Of a stretch of DNA of 64,000 nt, positions 12,789 through 25,100 are shown piece by piece. Source of the stretch: the human T2T-CHM13v2.0 reference genome, Homo sapiens. The notes beneath the pieces are model-generated. The model had not been told where the DNA came from, searched no databases, and was given only the letters and a program-made list of their open reading frames with translations. Numbering within the stretch: the first letter of the stretch is position 1; every line of letters begins with the position of its first letter. The position numbers and the translations under genes are program-made. The stretch lies in NCBI RefSeq assembly GCF_009914755.1, contig NC_060938.1; one strand, 5' to 3'.

Positions 12789-15031
12789 GCTTCTAAAGAC
12801 CTGCTCCATGTTAGGGGCTGGCAGGACAAAGATGCGTGCACCTCACTCAGGGCTCCACTCAGAGGCGGGCTCAGAGGGCATCTGTGAAGCCCCTGGGAGT
12901 CCAGATCACAGGGCTGTGAGTTCTGTCCAGGAGGGCACACACAGGGCCCAAAAAGGCTGTTCTGGGCATGGTCACAGTCATTCTCTGCAGAAGGGACCTC
13001 GTGGACAAAGGCACAGCAAGGGTAAAGGGCGTGGCCTGTGGGCAAACCCGGAAGACACCTGGGTGCAGCTGTGGCCCAGTTCCTTCAAGGAAGGCCAGGA
13101 GAGGTGGGGGCAGAGCACACAGCAGCACTTCTTCCCAGGGGCAAAGAGCCCTGGTGGAGAGATGGATGGGGTGCGAGAAAAGTCTTTGGGTTGCAGGGCC
13201 GGAGCAGGACGGGCACACTGGAGTCAGCATAGACAGTGGTTGTGGCAACTAACAAGGAGAATGTGTGCAAAGGAGGCAAACGTGGGAAGGCCCAAATGAG
13301 ACAGACATTCAGGGCCAGGACTGACGGGACACGGGAGGCGAGGGAAGAGGCGCATGAACAGTGCTATCTGAAGGTTCAGGTTCCTCCACCACCAGATTGG
13401 CAGGTCACCTCCGAGCCCCCTCCCCACCCGCCGCCCCAGTTCTCAGCTGGAAGGGCTCAGAACACTGCTTTTAAGTATGTCATACCATAGAGGATTAAAA
13501 ATAGTTTTAAAAAGGAGAGGGTTATAAATATCGCAAAGCCTCCTGGCTGCATGGAGAACCCCCCAGGAGAGGAAAGCAGGGGTGGGGCGTGCCTCCACCA
13601 TCGGAGCCTGGGGTCCTTCCAGTTAGACCGGGAGGTCTGCAGTTCTGCAGGAGCTGAAAGTAGTTCTGGTCAACACCAAAATGACCCCAGGACTTCTGTA
13701 AATTCCCCAAATCCTAACAACCCCAGGGCCTTTGTAAATTCCCCAAATCCTGCTTGCTTTTTCTGTGCCTTGGGGACACTGGACCACAATCTCCAAGAAG
13801 CACTAGAACACAAGGGAACCAAATAAAAAGAGGGACAGAAATAAAAGGTGAAGGTCAACTGCATGGGCCCGTCTGGGACGCACCATCCTGCATGCCCCGA
13901 CCCAACCCTGGCTTCCGTCCTGCTGAGGAGCTTGCTGGGGCTCTCCCTGACCCCATGGCCCCCCACCACATGCTCCCCTACCCTGTGGGTTCATGGGACA
14001 GATTTTCCTCTGTACCCCATCCTCTGCCACCTTCTTCATTCCAGGGATACAGAACATAGAGGCGACCACTGTGACATGACATCACCACATTCTCTGGCCT
14101 CCTGGGTAGACAATCTGTGACTCATGCGGGCCTCTTCCTTCCCCTTGAGTCCCACTCTCCTGCCCTCTGTCGGGAAGCCTCCCCGGGTTTCTATGGCCAA
14201 GTGGTGCCAGCCCCGTGACCAGAGCCCTGGTCTGTACACTCTCAGCTCAGGCCTGTTGCCGCCACCGTGTTCTCCACCAAACTCACAGAGAAACCTACAG
14301 GGCAGTCTAGCTGTGCAAATGTCCCCCTCAAGACTGGACTGGGCCTCCCTCCCCACCCTACACTCCTGCAGGACCCACGGTGAGCACCCACAGTTCCTAC
14401 ACGCTGATCTCAACCTCACCATAACCCTATCCTCTCTGTACTGAGAACTCCTAGCATGTCCCATTCACCCACCCCTCCATCCCCAGCTCCCAGAATTTCA
14501 GGGGGACTGGACAACTGTTATTTGACCAAAGGACCAGGCTTCAAGTGGGTAAGCCCATTTCTAAAGCAGATTTAAAACGTACCCCAGGCAGTCTGGCACC
14601 CTTTGGAGAAGAAGGCTGGGCTGCCACACATACAACAAGCATTCCCTGCTGTCATCACGAGAAGCACCTTCTACTTGTCACGTGCCCTGGGTCTGGGTTC
14701 AGAAAATACAGTTCCTAACTTTCTACAGGAAGTCCTCCAGATTGCTGTATTCTGCATAGCAGCCTGATACTTGCTGACAAGGACCCATTTCCTACTCCGT
14801 AGGGAGGCTGGCCGGCCTCACCCCACGAACCTGATTCCAGCCTTCCAGGCCCCTATATTCACATACTGCTGCTGGAAAGAAGAGTGATTCCTTGTCCACA
14901 GATGTTGGGGCTTTCTTCTGGATAGAATCAGACGTGGGATAACAATGACCAGGCAAGTGTGGGAGGCACGTGGCAGGGGTTCCAAGATAACACCTTAGTT
15001 CTGGGATGTGGGGGCATCTTGACGGCTTTCA

Positions 15032-15716
<685 letters not shown>

Positions 15717-18700
15717 CTCCGATAGAAAGAAAGTAGGAAAAGAAGACCTGGTAAGGAAGAAAAAGTCCATTTTTTGATGCTGCACTTATGATTTCTGATG
15801 CTGCCTCTAATTCCTTCTGTGACTAACGCAATCTACCACTGTTTAAACAAAAAAAAAAAAAAGGCATGGGGAAAGAAAAAAAATTTATAAAAAGGTTTCT
15901 ATGGGAACAGGGAGTTCACTTTTAATGGTTCAATCACAAAAAAGACAATTACTTTATTTTTCTCTCTTCTTCTCAGACATAGGGCAGATGTGATCTATGG
16001 CTCGTCGGGCAGAGGGACTTTGTCCAGAGCCTCAGCTATTTCAGTGAAAAATTAAATGCCAGAGTGTTCCACAGGTCAGGGAGGGCAGTTTATGAAATCT
16101 GGGCCTCTTGGGCAAAGGGTTGCTTCCCTAGAGCTGCAGATCTGGTGAGACATCCCGCCTCTCTCATGAGGCTATAGGGCCAGCAGGCAGCTCTGGGCTG
16201 CTCTGATGCAAAGTCGTGGCTGCTGACACGTGATTCTGTGGCGAAACTTCTTCCTAGGTCTGCTGCCAACTGGACTGAGGGCTTCCCTCTCCCTGCTGCA
16301 AAGCCATTTGTGAGATGGGCTTCTGTTTTACCTGGCCCCTGAACACTCTCGTTCCTTGGTACAAACATGCCTGGGTGGAGTCCAGAGCCCCTTGTTTGCC
16401 CTGATGGCGGGCTGGCCACTATACCTCCCCAGGTACCTTCAACTTGACAGCCAAGGACAAGCCAAGAATGTACATCATTTACCACGTGTACTTGTATAGC
16501 AAAGCTTATGAAATGCAACATTTTCTACCCAGGACACTTGGTGGAAGTGAATCTCCAGCACTCCACAGTGAAAAGAATCTAGGATGCAGCCAGCAGTGCT
16601 TAGTAGAGCCCAGAGTCACACACCAGCCATCCACTCATGCATGCCGGGCTGGAAGGCAGACGGCTTTAGGTGGGCACCTGCCCAGGCCCACCACTCCTTG
16701 ACCACCTTCCCAGGGGTGGATTTGAGCCCCAGATAATCCAACCCTCTCATTTTGCAAATGAGGAAACTAAGGAACCACAAGGGAGAGAGATTTTTCAGAA
16801 TCTCACAGCGAGTTTGCAACAAAGCCAGGACCCTGGCTCAGGCCTTCAGCCTTTGGGTCTTGGTTGTGGCTTCCGCAGCCGCACAATGCTCCACCTGGAA
16901 AGGCCCCTCAAGAAAAATCCACACCATGAGATAGGGATGGAGCTGGCACTAGAACACGGCCTTTTGCCTGTTGTAATCAGGAGTGAACTCAAAGCCCGTG
17001 GCCTGACCCCAGCCACAGTCAGAAAGAAACTTTCTACATGATGATTCATCCCTTAGAACCAGGCACACAGCCCCAGGGGTAGTGCCCTGGCAGGCAGTTC
17101 CTTGACATGAAACCTGTGCATTTGGTTTTCTTTGGGTTTTTATATAGAAACCTTCAGTGCACTTGCTGTGCCCTCTAAGAGCTGGCGGAGGTGGGAACAG
17201 GAACGGTCCCTCCTTGGCTCCATCCCTTCTCTGGCTGCTGGATAACGGTGACCATGGCAGCATCCCATCCCACTGCTGTGTGCTCCACTGCTGTGTGAAA
17301 GGAAGGTCTAGAGATAGGGAGGTAAAGATGGAGCGATAAGGAACTGGAGGGGTGGGCTGTGGGGGCAGGAATTGTTGGGGAGTTATGGGAGAGAAGGTTG
17401 GTGTGGCATCCTGAGCCAGGCCACAGGTGACCTCGCACAACAGGTCAAGGGGCTTGGACTTCATCCTGTAAGCCAGTGCAACCCAGCCTTTTTCTCGTGG
17501 TCACATGGGACCATGATACCATTTGTCCTGGGATGGGCCAAAGAGCTGCCCAGGCCCCCACTCTGCTGCCCTTAGCTCATGGGTTGGGAAGCTCTGCTGT
17601 AGGTCACAAAACCTACTGGTGGCTTTAGCAACAACATGCTCGAGTGGCTGGGTGGTGGGTGGAAAGCCGTAAAGAAGTCAGTGACTGCGGAGTCCAAGTT
17701 CGCATGAGGGACACCTGCACCTGGGCCTGAGCCAGTGGAACAAAAGGAGAAAGTGGGCCACATGGGCCGGGGCTGATCCTTCGGAAAACGCAGGCCCTGC
17801 CCTGCCTCTGAGCCTGCCTTGAGGGGATTCCAATCATTTCTCTCCCTTCTGCACTGTGCAACCCAGAACCTACGCAGTCAAGTTTCTGCTTGGCCTTCAA
17901 AGTCCAGGTCCAGAATTACAGCATCAAACGCCAAAAGCACCAGAATGACAGGGGATGGCCCAAAGCAGAACTGACCTCTGCACCGCTAGAATCAGAAAAT
18001 TCAAGCTACAGTCTGGCTGGGTGCCCATGACAGTTTCACGCTCCTGAAAGGCAGAGACTAGAACCAGCTTTCATTCTCCAATGTCTGCAAGATGCTACGT
18101 GCTCGACACACATGTGCTAAACTGCTCAGAGAAGGGTTGTGGGTTTTTTGGGTGGTGGAGGCTTCCCACATGAATGGAGCCTTCTTTAAATCCTGGCCTG
18201 ACACCCCTTTTTGTCCAACAGTACAGTGACCCCCAGAACTGGTGGAACACTGAGCTGGACCCTGAGGCTCAGGCAAAGAGGGAGAGGGGGCAGCCAGACT
18301 AGCCTGTCTTTCGAAGGACACCAGAGCCCCCAGCCAGGTACGGAACTAAGGCGCAGACCTATTAACACACCACCTCTAACATCAGTTCTAGAAAATATGT
18401 CCCTGCCTTCCCACATGGCTCCAAGGAAGCAGGGACCACCTGGCAGAAGCTGCCAGCATCCTGCAATTCCATCTTCTCTTCTCCAAAAAGGTCAACAGCT
18501 TGGACCACCCCTGTTTCCTTGCAAGGGACCCTGTGAGGGTGGCACAGGCAGTCTGCCCAGAGGGACATGCCCATGCTCTGCCAGAGGGCTCCTCCTTGAC
18601 GAACGTCTTTTTGAGCTATGCATGTGAACATATCCATGAACACTGCATCTGCTCAAGTATCAGACACAGGAAGGTGAGTGGCAGGCCTCTTGGGAGGGGC

Positions 18701-19639
18701 CATCACTCTGCCCAGCTCACCCGGACCTCCAAAGACAGGTCGAGAAATCTTCATTCCAATGTTTTTTGGGGGATGACCTATGACATCACAATCACATTGC
18801 ATGGATTTCAGAATCCTACAGTTCAGCGTGAGAGATAAAAGCCTTGGATGAGCAAGTGAGCAGAGGCCAAGATACTTCTAAGTCAACTTAAACTTATGGA
18901 TATATGGAAAGATACAAAGATATAGCTCTATTATTAAACTATTCTTCCCTGAAATGCAATATCCCAGAGGTTGTAAGCTCAGGGCTACCCCTCATTAATG
19001 ACCCCAGGATCACCCCATCCCAGGGCCCCAAGAGAGTCAAAGCTTTCTGAAAAGAATCAGGAATGCCTGACCCTGACAGCAGCTGCTGCCTACAGATGGA
19101 GGCCAGGAATCCCTCTCAATCCCTATGATTAGAGATCTGTAAGATCCCACTGTAGCCCTCCTTCCATCGCCACGACAACTGCGGCTATCTGTGCTGTAAG
19201 CAGGCACACAGCTTCAATGGCAGCCCCTCTGCCTGGACTCCTCCTGCCTCCCATAACTTGACTACCCTCTGCACTGAGTTCAGAAGAACAAGGCCCCTGC
19301 TGGTGGCCCCCAAAGTCGATCATCCAGGCACATCCCGGGCCATCTGACATCTGACAGCCAGTTATGGCAGATGCTCTAACTAAGCTCGGCGTGGAGCACC
19401 TTCTGGACTCGGCCCTTTGGCTGAGACTTCCTGAGTACCACAGGAGCAAGGAGAGAAAATGCCTATTAAGCATTCAGTCAAGAGACTGACCAAAGGAAAA
19501 ATCAAGAGAAGGGAAAAATCAAGAGAAGACAGATGCCTGCCCCCATCTCCACTCCCAGCCTCTTCTCAGCAATGCTAAGCAAAGCACAACGCCCGACACG
19601 GTAACTCTACAGTGCTAATGCCCCCAAAAGACACGGACA

Positions 19640-20085
19640 GCTTCATTCATTCATAATAGCCCCAAACTGCACACAACCCAAAGGTCCCTCAACAGGTGAA
19701 TGAATCATCAAACAGCGGGGCATCCATACCATGGAATAGTACTCAGCAAGAAAGGAAGTCCAGATACAGGCGAGAGCACAGAGGAATCACACCAGCACAA
19801 TGCTGGGAAAAAAAAAAAAAGGCCAGAGTACATACTGTATGATCCAATTGTATATCAGGTTCTAGCGGCAAAACTAACTTTCAGTAATGGATCAAGTTTG
19901 CTCCCTTGGTGGTCAGGGGGCAGTGTTATTGGCTGAGAAAGAAGATGAATCGACCATCTAGGGTACTGGAAATCTACATCTTGATCTGGGTGGTTGTTAC
20001 ATAGATGTACTCATACATAAAGTTTTGTTGAACTTAATAAGTGCACATTTAAACATATACATACATTTAAAAATTTATTTTTTTA
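19640..20085 (+). mobile_element. L1ME-like 3' fragment
   Basis: ttcataatagccccaaactg...atccataccatggaatagtactcagcaa...tacatactgtatgatcca. Confidence 0.75.
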
Positions 20086-21508
20086 ATGGCAAAGCCTGTT
20101 GATGCTTAAATTGTAACTGATGTTTGCCTAAAAGTGAGGACAGTTCACTGGGAGCTGAGGGAGAGGAGCCTACTCAGTGAACTCCTACCCAACCTCCAGG
20201 ACCCATCTCAAATTGTCCCTATTCTGTAAAGCCTTCTCCCACCGTTCTGGTTGTAACCTAATGTTCATATTGCGGGGCATCTCTTCACAACAATCAATCT
20301 TCTCTAAACCAGGAGCTAATCCTAGAGGAATGCAGGAACTTGTTGCACGAAGCATTGGTTAGTATGTGCTTATTAAACACTCAATGGTTGCCTAAGACAG
20401 ACAGGTACACACACTCACACCCTCACAGTCCAGCAGAAGACACTAATGCCCACCCCCAAACAGGATGTCAGTTCTTCTCAGGCAACAGGATCCAGGCACT
20501 TGGCTTATTATCAAAAGAGATCACTTTCAACATCCCAGCCCAAGCCTCCTCCTTTAACACAAATCACAGCCAGAAGAGATCAGAGCGGCCCAGAGCAAAC
20601 TCAGTTTCCAGTGTCCACCCCAGGAGGCTCCCCAGTCCTTTTGAGGTCACCTCTGCCGGCACTGTCCTTGCCCAACCGAGGGGTGGGGCAGACCCTGGGC
20701 TCCCAGGAAACATTCAATCAGGTGTAATGTTTAAACTTGACTGCTCGGCCATCCCCCAGCGCTGGGGCTCCCTACCCTATAACAGTAAAGTCGCTGCCCT
20801 GGCTGGGGGAGGGCACCCACAGCCCCATCGCCTCTCTGCCCAGGCCTCCCAGCTCGCTCCTAGCCACTCCTAACCTTGAACCCTCTAGAAACCCAAGCCA
20901 GCAGGGGAAGCAGCTACAGAAACTTCACCTGCACAGGTCAATGTGGGTGAAGAAGGGCCGGAAGTGGTGTTCTGTCTAGTTCTGCAAAGCCCATATATGA
21001 AAAAAAAGAAGCTGGAGATACAGTTCCATGAAGAACACCTGTCTGTTGGGTGGATAGGTTGTGGAGGGGAAATTATGGGTGACTTTTTTCCTTCAAATAT
21101 TTTTGTGCTTTCTAAGTTTCCACATTGAATAAATTCTTTTGAAAGAGAAACACACTTCATGTGTGGCACCGCCATACCCAGCCGCTCTCCACCACTGGAG
21201 TTTCTCTTTCACCTCTTCTCAGCTACCTCCCAGGTAGAAGCCTTGGTCCCAGTGTCCTGTGCCCAGGCAGGGTCGGAGTTGGGGGCCAGCGTGGGGGAAG
21301 GGTGGGGCTCTCGCCCTCTCCCCAGTTAGAGTCCTGATCCTGCAGGGGAGGGGCAGCTCCCTAAGCAAAGTGGCCGCTGGAGTTGGGTGCTTGCCTGACC
21401 CCACCGATCCGATCCGCACCCCTGGCCCCGCTTTCCCCAACTCACCCCCTGAAGCGCCGCCCACCATTCAATTCCCCTTGCCTCGAAGGTACTTAGGAAG
21501 TGCGCGAA

Positions 21509-21510
<2 letters not shown>

Positions 21511-21542
<32 letters not shown>
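21511..21542. repeat. (CA)16 microsatellite in proximal intron 1
   Basis: Perfect CA run about 370 bp from the exon 1 donor. Confidence 0.97.
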
Positions 21543-21546
<4 letters not shown>

Positions 21547-21911
21547 CGCACTGTCTCCTCCCCTCCCTAACCTGGGCCACCGCCCCCAAGAGCCCACGTA
21601 CAAACTTCTCCAAACTCGCAGCGGTGACTGGAGGGGGTGGTGACGTCCCCCTAATGAAAATGCGAGCCCTCGCCCCACAACACACACACGTGTGGCGCCC
21701 CACCCCCTGGGCAACTGTAAACCTGGCCGCGGCTGGCCGCCCTGGGGCTTGGGGGCGGGTATCCAACCCCAGCCTCCCACCTCGAGGCAAGTGACAGGAA
21801 CAACGAGCGGCCGGCGAGCGGGGGCGGCGCGGGGGAGTTGCCAAGTGTCGGAGCGGCGCCCCGGGCCCCCCGAGCGCCCAGCCATCCCGGGGCGAGCCTG
21901 GGCTGCGTTAC

Positions 21912-21993
21912 CTTGCAGGTTCTGCACTCGGATGTCGCTAATCTGCCCGATGAGCTCCTCGCGTTGGAACCAGTCCCACTCGTGTGCAGCCAT
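21912..21993 (-). CDS. CLMN: CLMN (calmin, calponin-homology transmembrane protein) coding exon 1, 82 nt, phase-1 donor
   Basis: Minus strand translates MAAHEWDWFQREELIGQISDIRVQNLQ, which I recognise as the human calmin N-terminus. ATG at 21993-21991; exon ends CAAG|GTAACG with GT at 21911-21910, leaving one base (G) for the following Val codon. Confidence 0.96.
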
Positions 21994-22110
21994 GAAGCGC
22001 GGGCGGGAGAGCCCGGGCCAGCGCGGCGCGGGCGGCGGGCGCGGAGAGCCTGGCTGGCGGGCGCGCGAGCGGCACGCACCCGGCGAGGGCGCCGCGGAGC
22101 TGGAGTCGCG
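21994..22110 (-). other. CLMN: CLMN 5' UTR (TSS approximate)
   Basis: Very GC-rich stretch between the ATG and the GC-box cluster; no upstream ATG. The TSS position is inferred, not visible. Confidence 0.65.
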
Positions 22111-25100
22111 GCGGGCGCGGGCGGGGCGCGGGCGCGGGCGGGGCGGGGCGGGGCGGGGAGGGGCGGGCGGCGCGGTCGGGGCCGCCCCCGCCGCGGGCTG
22201 GCGCGAGCGAGCGCGGGGCGGCGGGTGCGGGGCGGCGGGCTCGCTCTCACTCCCCCGTGCGGGGGCGGGGGCCCTGAGGAGCGAGGGGCGAGGGGCGAGG
22301 GGCGGGGCGGGGCGGGGCAGGGGCGGGAGGCTGGGTCAGGCCAGCTTGTGTTTTTTTTCTTTCCGGGGTGTTTGTAGGTTGGATTGTTTGGTTACAAACC
22401 GGCTGTGATGAGGCGCGGGTCCCGGCCCCCAGATTGTGATGTCTCAGGGGGCGGTGGGCCGGGTGACGCAACTGGGGGTGGGCCCGTGGGTCCCAGTACC
22501 TGGTCCAGGAGGCAGCGTCTTCCTCCCGTCCGGGATAAGACACCCCCTCCGCGGGTCCCCTGTCCACTCTGGAGAGGCAGCCCCCACTTGGAGGGACCAG
22601 GACCCGAGCCCTGCCCATCCCCGAATCCTGGGAGCCCTGCGTGGGGAGTGTCGAGGGCCTGGGTCGGGGGGCAAACTAGTGTGGAGGTAAAGTTGTGGGA
22701 GTCTCCAAAGTGCGGGGGGGCTGTGAAAGAAGGGCCTTCTTCGTTGGTTTAGATACTAGGAGCCTTTTCCGGTCCAGTAATGTGACTCCAGCTTCTAGGA
22801 AGGAACAAGAAGCAGGCCAACTCCTAGGAGCTGGGGTACGCTGTGGGGTCTCTGGCCACTGAGTCTCCAAGTGACCCTCTGTGGGGTCACTGGAAATTAG
22901 TGAAAATGCCAGGACAGAACTTCCTGTGGAGACTACTGAAAATGCCAGGACAGGCCTTCCGGTCCCCTCCCTCCCCACCTCCACTGTTGAACTCTAGAGA
23001 ATTCCAGGATCTTATCCTGTTTGGTGCCCACCATGTGGTTTACACTCCTTAAAAGTGAGACCCTACAGTTACCGAATTTGCCCAAGGTTGAGGAATGACT
23101 TAGGAGCAGGAAGTCCCAGCCCCCTGCTCCCAGCTCAGTGCTTGGGCCCTTTCTGTGACAACTAAGGCCACAAAGAAAATGGCTTTAAATATTCAGTGTT
23201 CCAAGAGGGGGAAAAAAATGGACAGGGCTCACTGGGCATTTAAACACATGGGCCTGTGTGCATCGCTGCTCTGTTCACAGCAATGAATCCCGGAAACCCG
23301 GCTGCTCACTAATTACCCAGTAACTATGGAGGTCCCCCGAAGGACAGACCTGTGCCCTTGAGGCAGGGCCCTGAAGGAGGGTGAGTCTACCCTCCAGTCA
23401 TCCATTGGGGCAGGGGCTATCGTGTGGCCCTTAAACAAGGAAAGGAGATTTCTAAAGTGGACTCCAGAAAGGAGAAAGTCAATTTGGGTTAAGGAACTGT
23501 GAATGCGGGTGGAGGGCAGCAGAGGTCTCTAAAGACTGACCTTGGAGCTGAGCCCAGAAGGAGGAGAGGAACCCCCACAGGGACAGCAGTTTGGGCGGGG
23601 AAAGGTGGGATCAGTGGAGACAGAAGTGGAGGCCCCATTAGGGGCTCCTTGGTGCTTGGGCTTGAGGCAGGAGCTTCCTTGCTGCTGCCTTGATTCTTAA
23701 TCTTGTGGTCATTTCACACTCCAAGGAGCAGGATCTCTTTCTGCGTCCTGTGGAGCCAGGGTGGTAGTAGCAGCCAGGCTAATTTTGCCCCATCTGCTAG
23801 CCATCTCCCTGTTCTTACACTTCAATTTATTTTCCATAATTGCTGTGGGGTGAAGTTGTGCTGAAAACCATTTTCTTTACAAAGCAGAGAGCTAAGAGAA
23901 TCAGCCTTCTTCTCCATCATGAGAGAGGTTGCAGGGAATCTGTCTTTAAGCAATGTGCCCTGTGGATGTTAGCTACAGGGTTGGGCCATTTTTCATGATG
24001 CAAAGATGTCTGATCCTGGGAATGGACAGCCACATCATTTGGGGAACACTACCCAGTCAGCAACAGCTCCCTGGCAGGGAGGGACTATGATCACCATCGA
24101 TTGAGCACCAACTGTATACCAGTTGTTGGACGACTCTCAGCCTAAAGAACTTCTTTGCTTTTCAGTAAGGTGGAAAGAATTTTAGGTGTTTTTCAAAAAG
24201 GAATAGAAGCCAGTATTGAGCATGAGGCTGGCCTCTAAAAGGTACTTGAATATTCATTGAACTCATGTGTCAATATCACCCCTGTTTCCTAGAGTGTCTC
24301 TGGGCTCCTCTGTGGGGCACACTAAGTCATCTGTGATTGATCTGTGCCCCTCAATCCTGGCTCTACACTTTTTGACCCAGCAGTGCTGAGCTGCCTCAGG
24401 TCCTGGCCACATCCAGTCACTTCCAGACCTTTGCTCATTTGTCCCCTTTGAAACGCCCTTCCCCTGCTCCCTGCACTTCACCTTTACCTAGCTTACTCCT
24501 GCTTAATCATGTGCACCTTAGAGACTTCTCCAACACCACTAGGCTCAGCTGGGTGCCTGTCTTGTACAATTCCCGTAATATTAAGTACAATCACATAATA
24601 TTCCATGAACTCTGCAATTCTGTTTCCTGATTGCATCGTACTACAATTATGTTTACTTGACAGTTTTCCCCAATAAATTGTGAAGTACGTGAAAACAAGG
24701 GCTGCTCTGTGTCTGGCACAGGGAGAGGTGTCGAAATTAAATGGATGGATGAATGAATGACTCTCACTATAGGCCTGAACCCAGAAACCAGGGGACCAAA
24801 GTGAAAAAAACAGTTGACCTTCATGTCCAAGGCCCCAGTACGCTCCTGGAAAGGTGATTTTAAAAAAGTTTGCATATGTGCGATAGGCAAAGCACGTGCT
24901 TTTGGGAACCAGGTACATACCAATCTATGATATGTCCCTTCCTCTGGGTGTGTGCAGCCTCCTGGATCTGGAGTTCTGGCTGGGAGAGAAGGGTGTGTGA
25001 CTTTCAGAAGGAATTAGGTATTTGGCATCTTGCATGAATCAACAGTACTCTTTTTCTTTTGCACTTCTTTGGGGGAAGGAGAAGTATTCTGCCTGAAGGC

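Larger units (their letters stand above)
21270..22720. promoter_or_regulatory. CpG island / TATA-less CLMN promoter
   Basis: Dense CpG and very high GC (core about 21720-22330); many GGGGCGGGG Sp/KLF boxes at 22110-22330; overlaps exon 1. Confidence 0.92.

Noticed and set aside
12094-13299. 165-aa and 183-aa plus-strand ORFs
   Set aside because: The first lies within MLT1/MST LTRs; the second starts in the LTR end and has no recognisable domain.
21493-21911. 166-aa ORF continuing from the CLMN ATG
   Set aside because: Read-through past the GT donor into intron 1; runs through a (TG)n repeat and does not match calmin after residue 27.
21651-22752. Several 120-238 aa Gly/Arg/Ala/Pro-rich ORFs on both strands
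   Set aside because: Stop-codon depletion in a very GC-rich CpG island; low complexity, mostly non-ATG starts.
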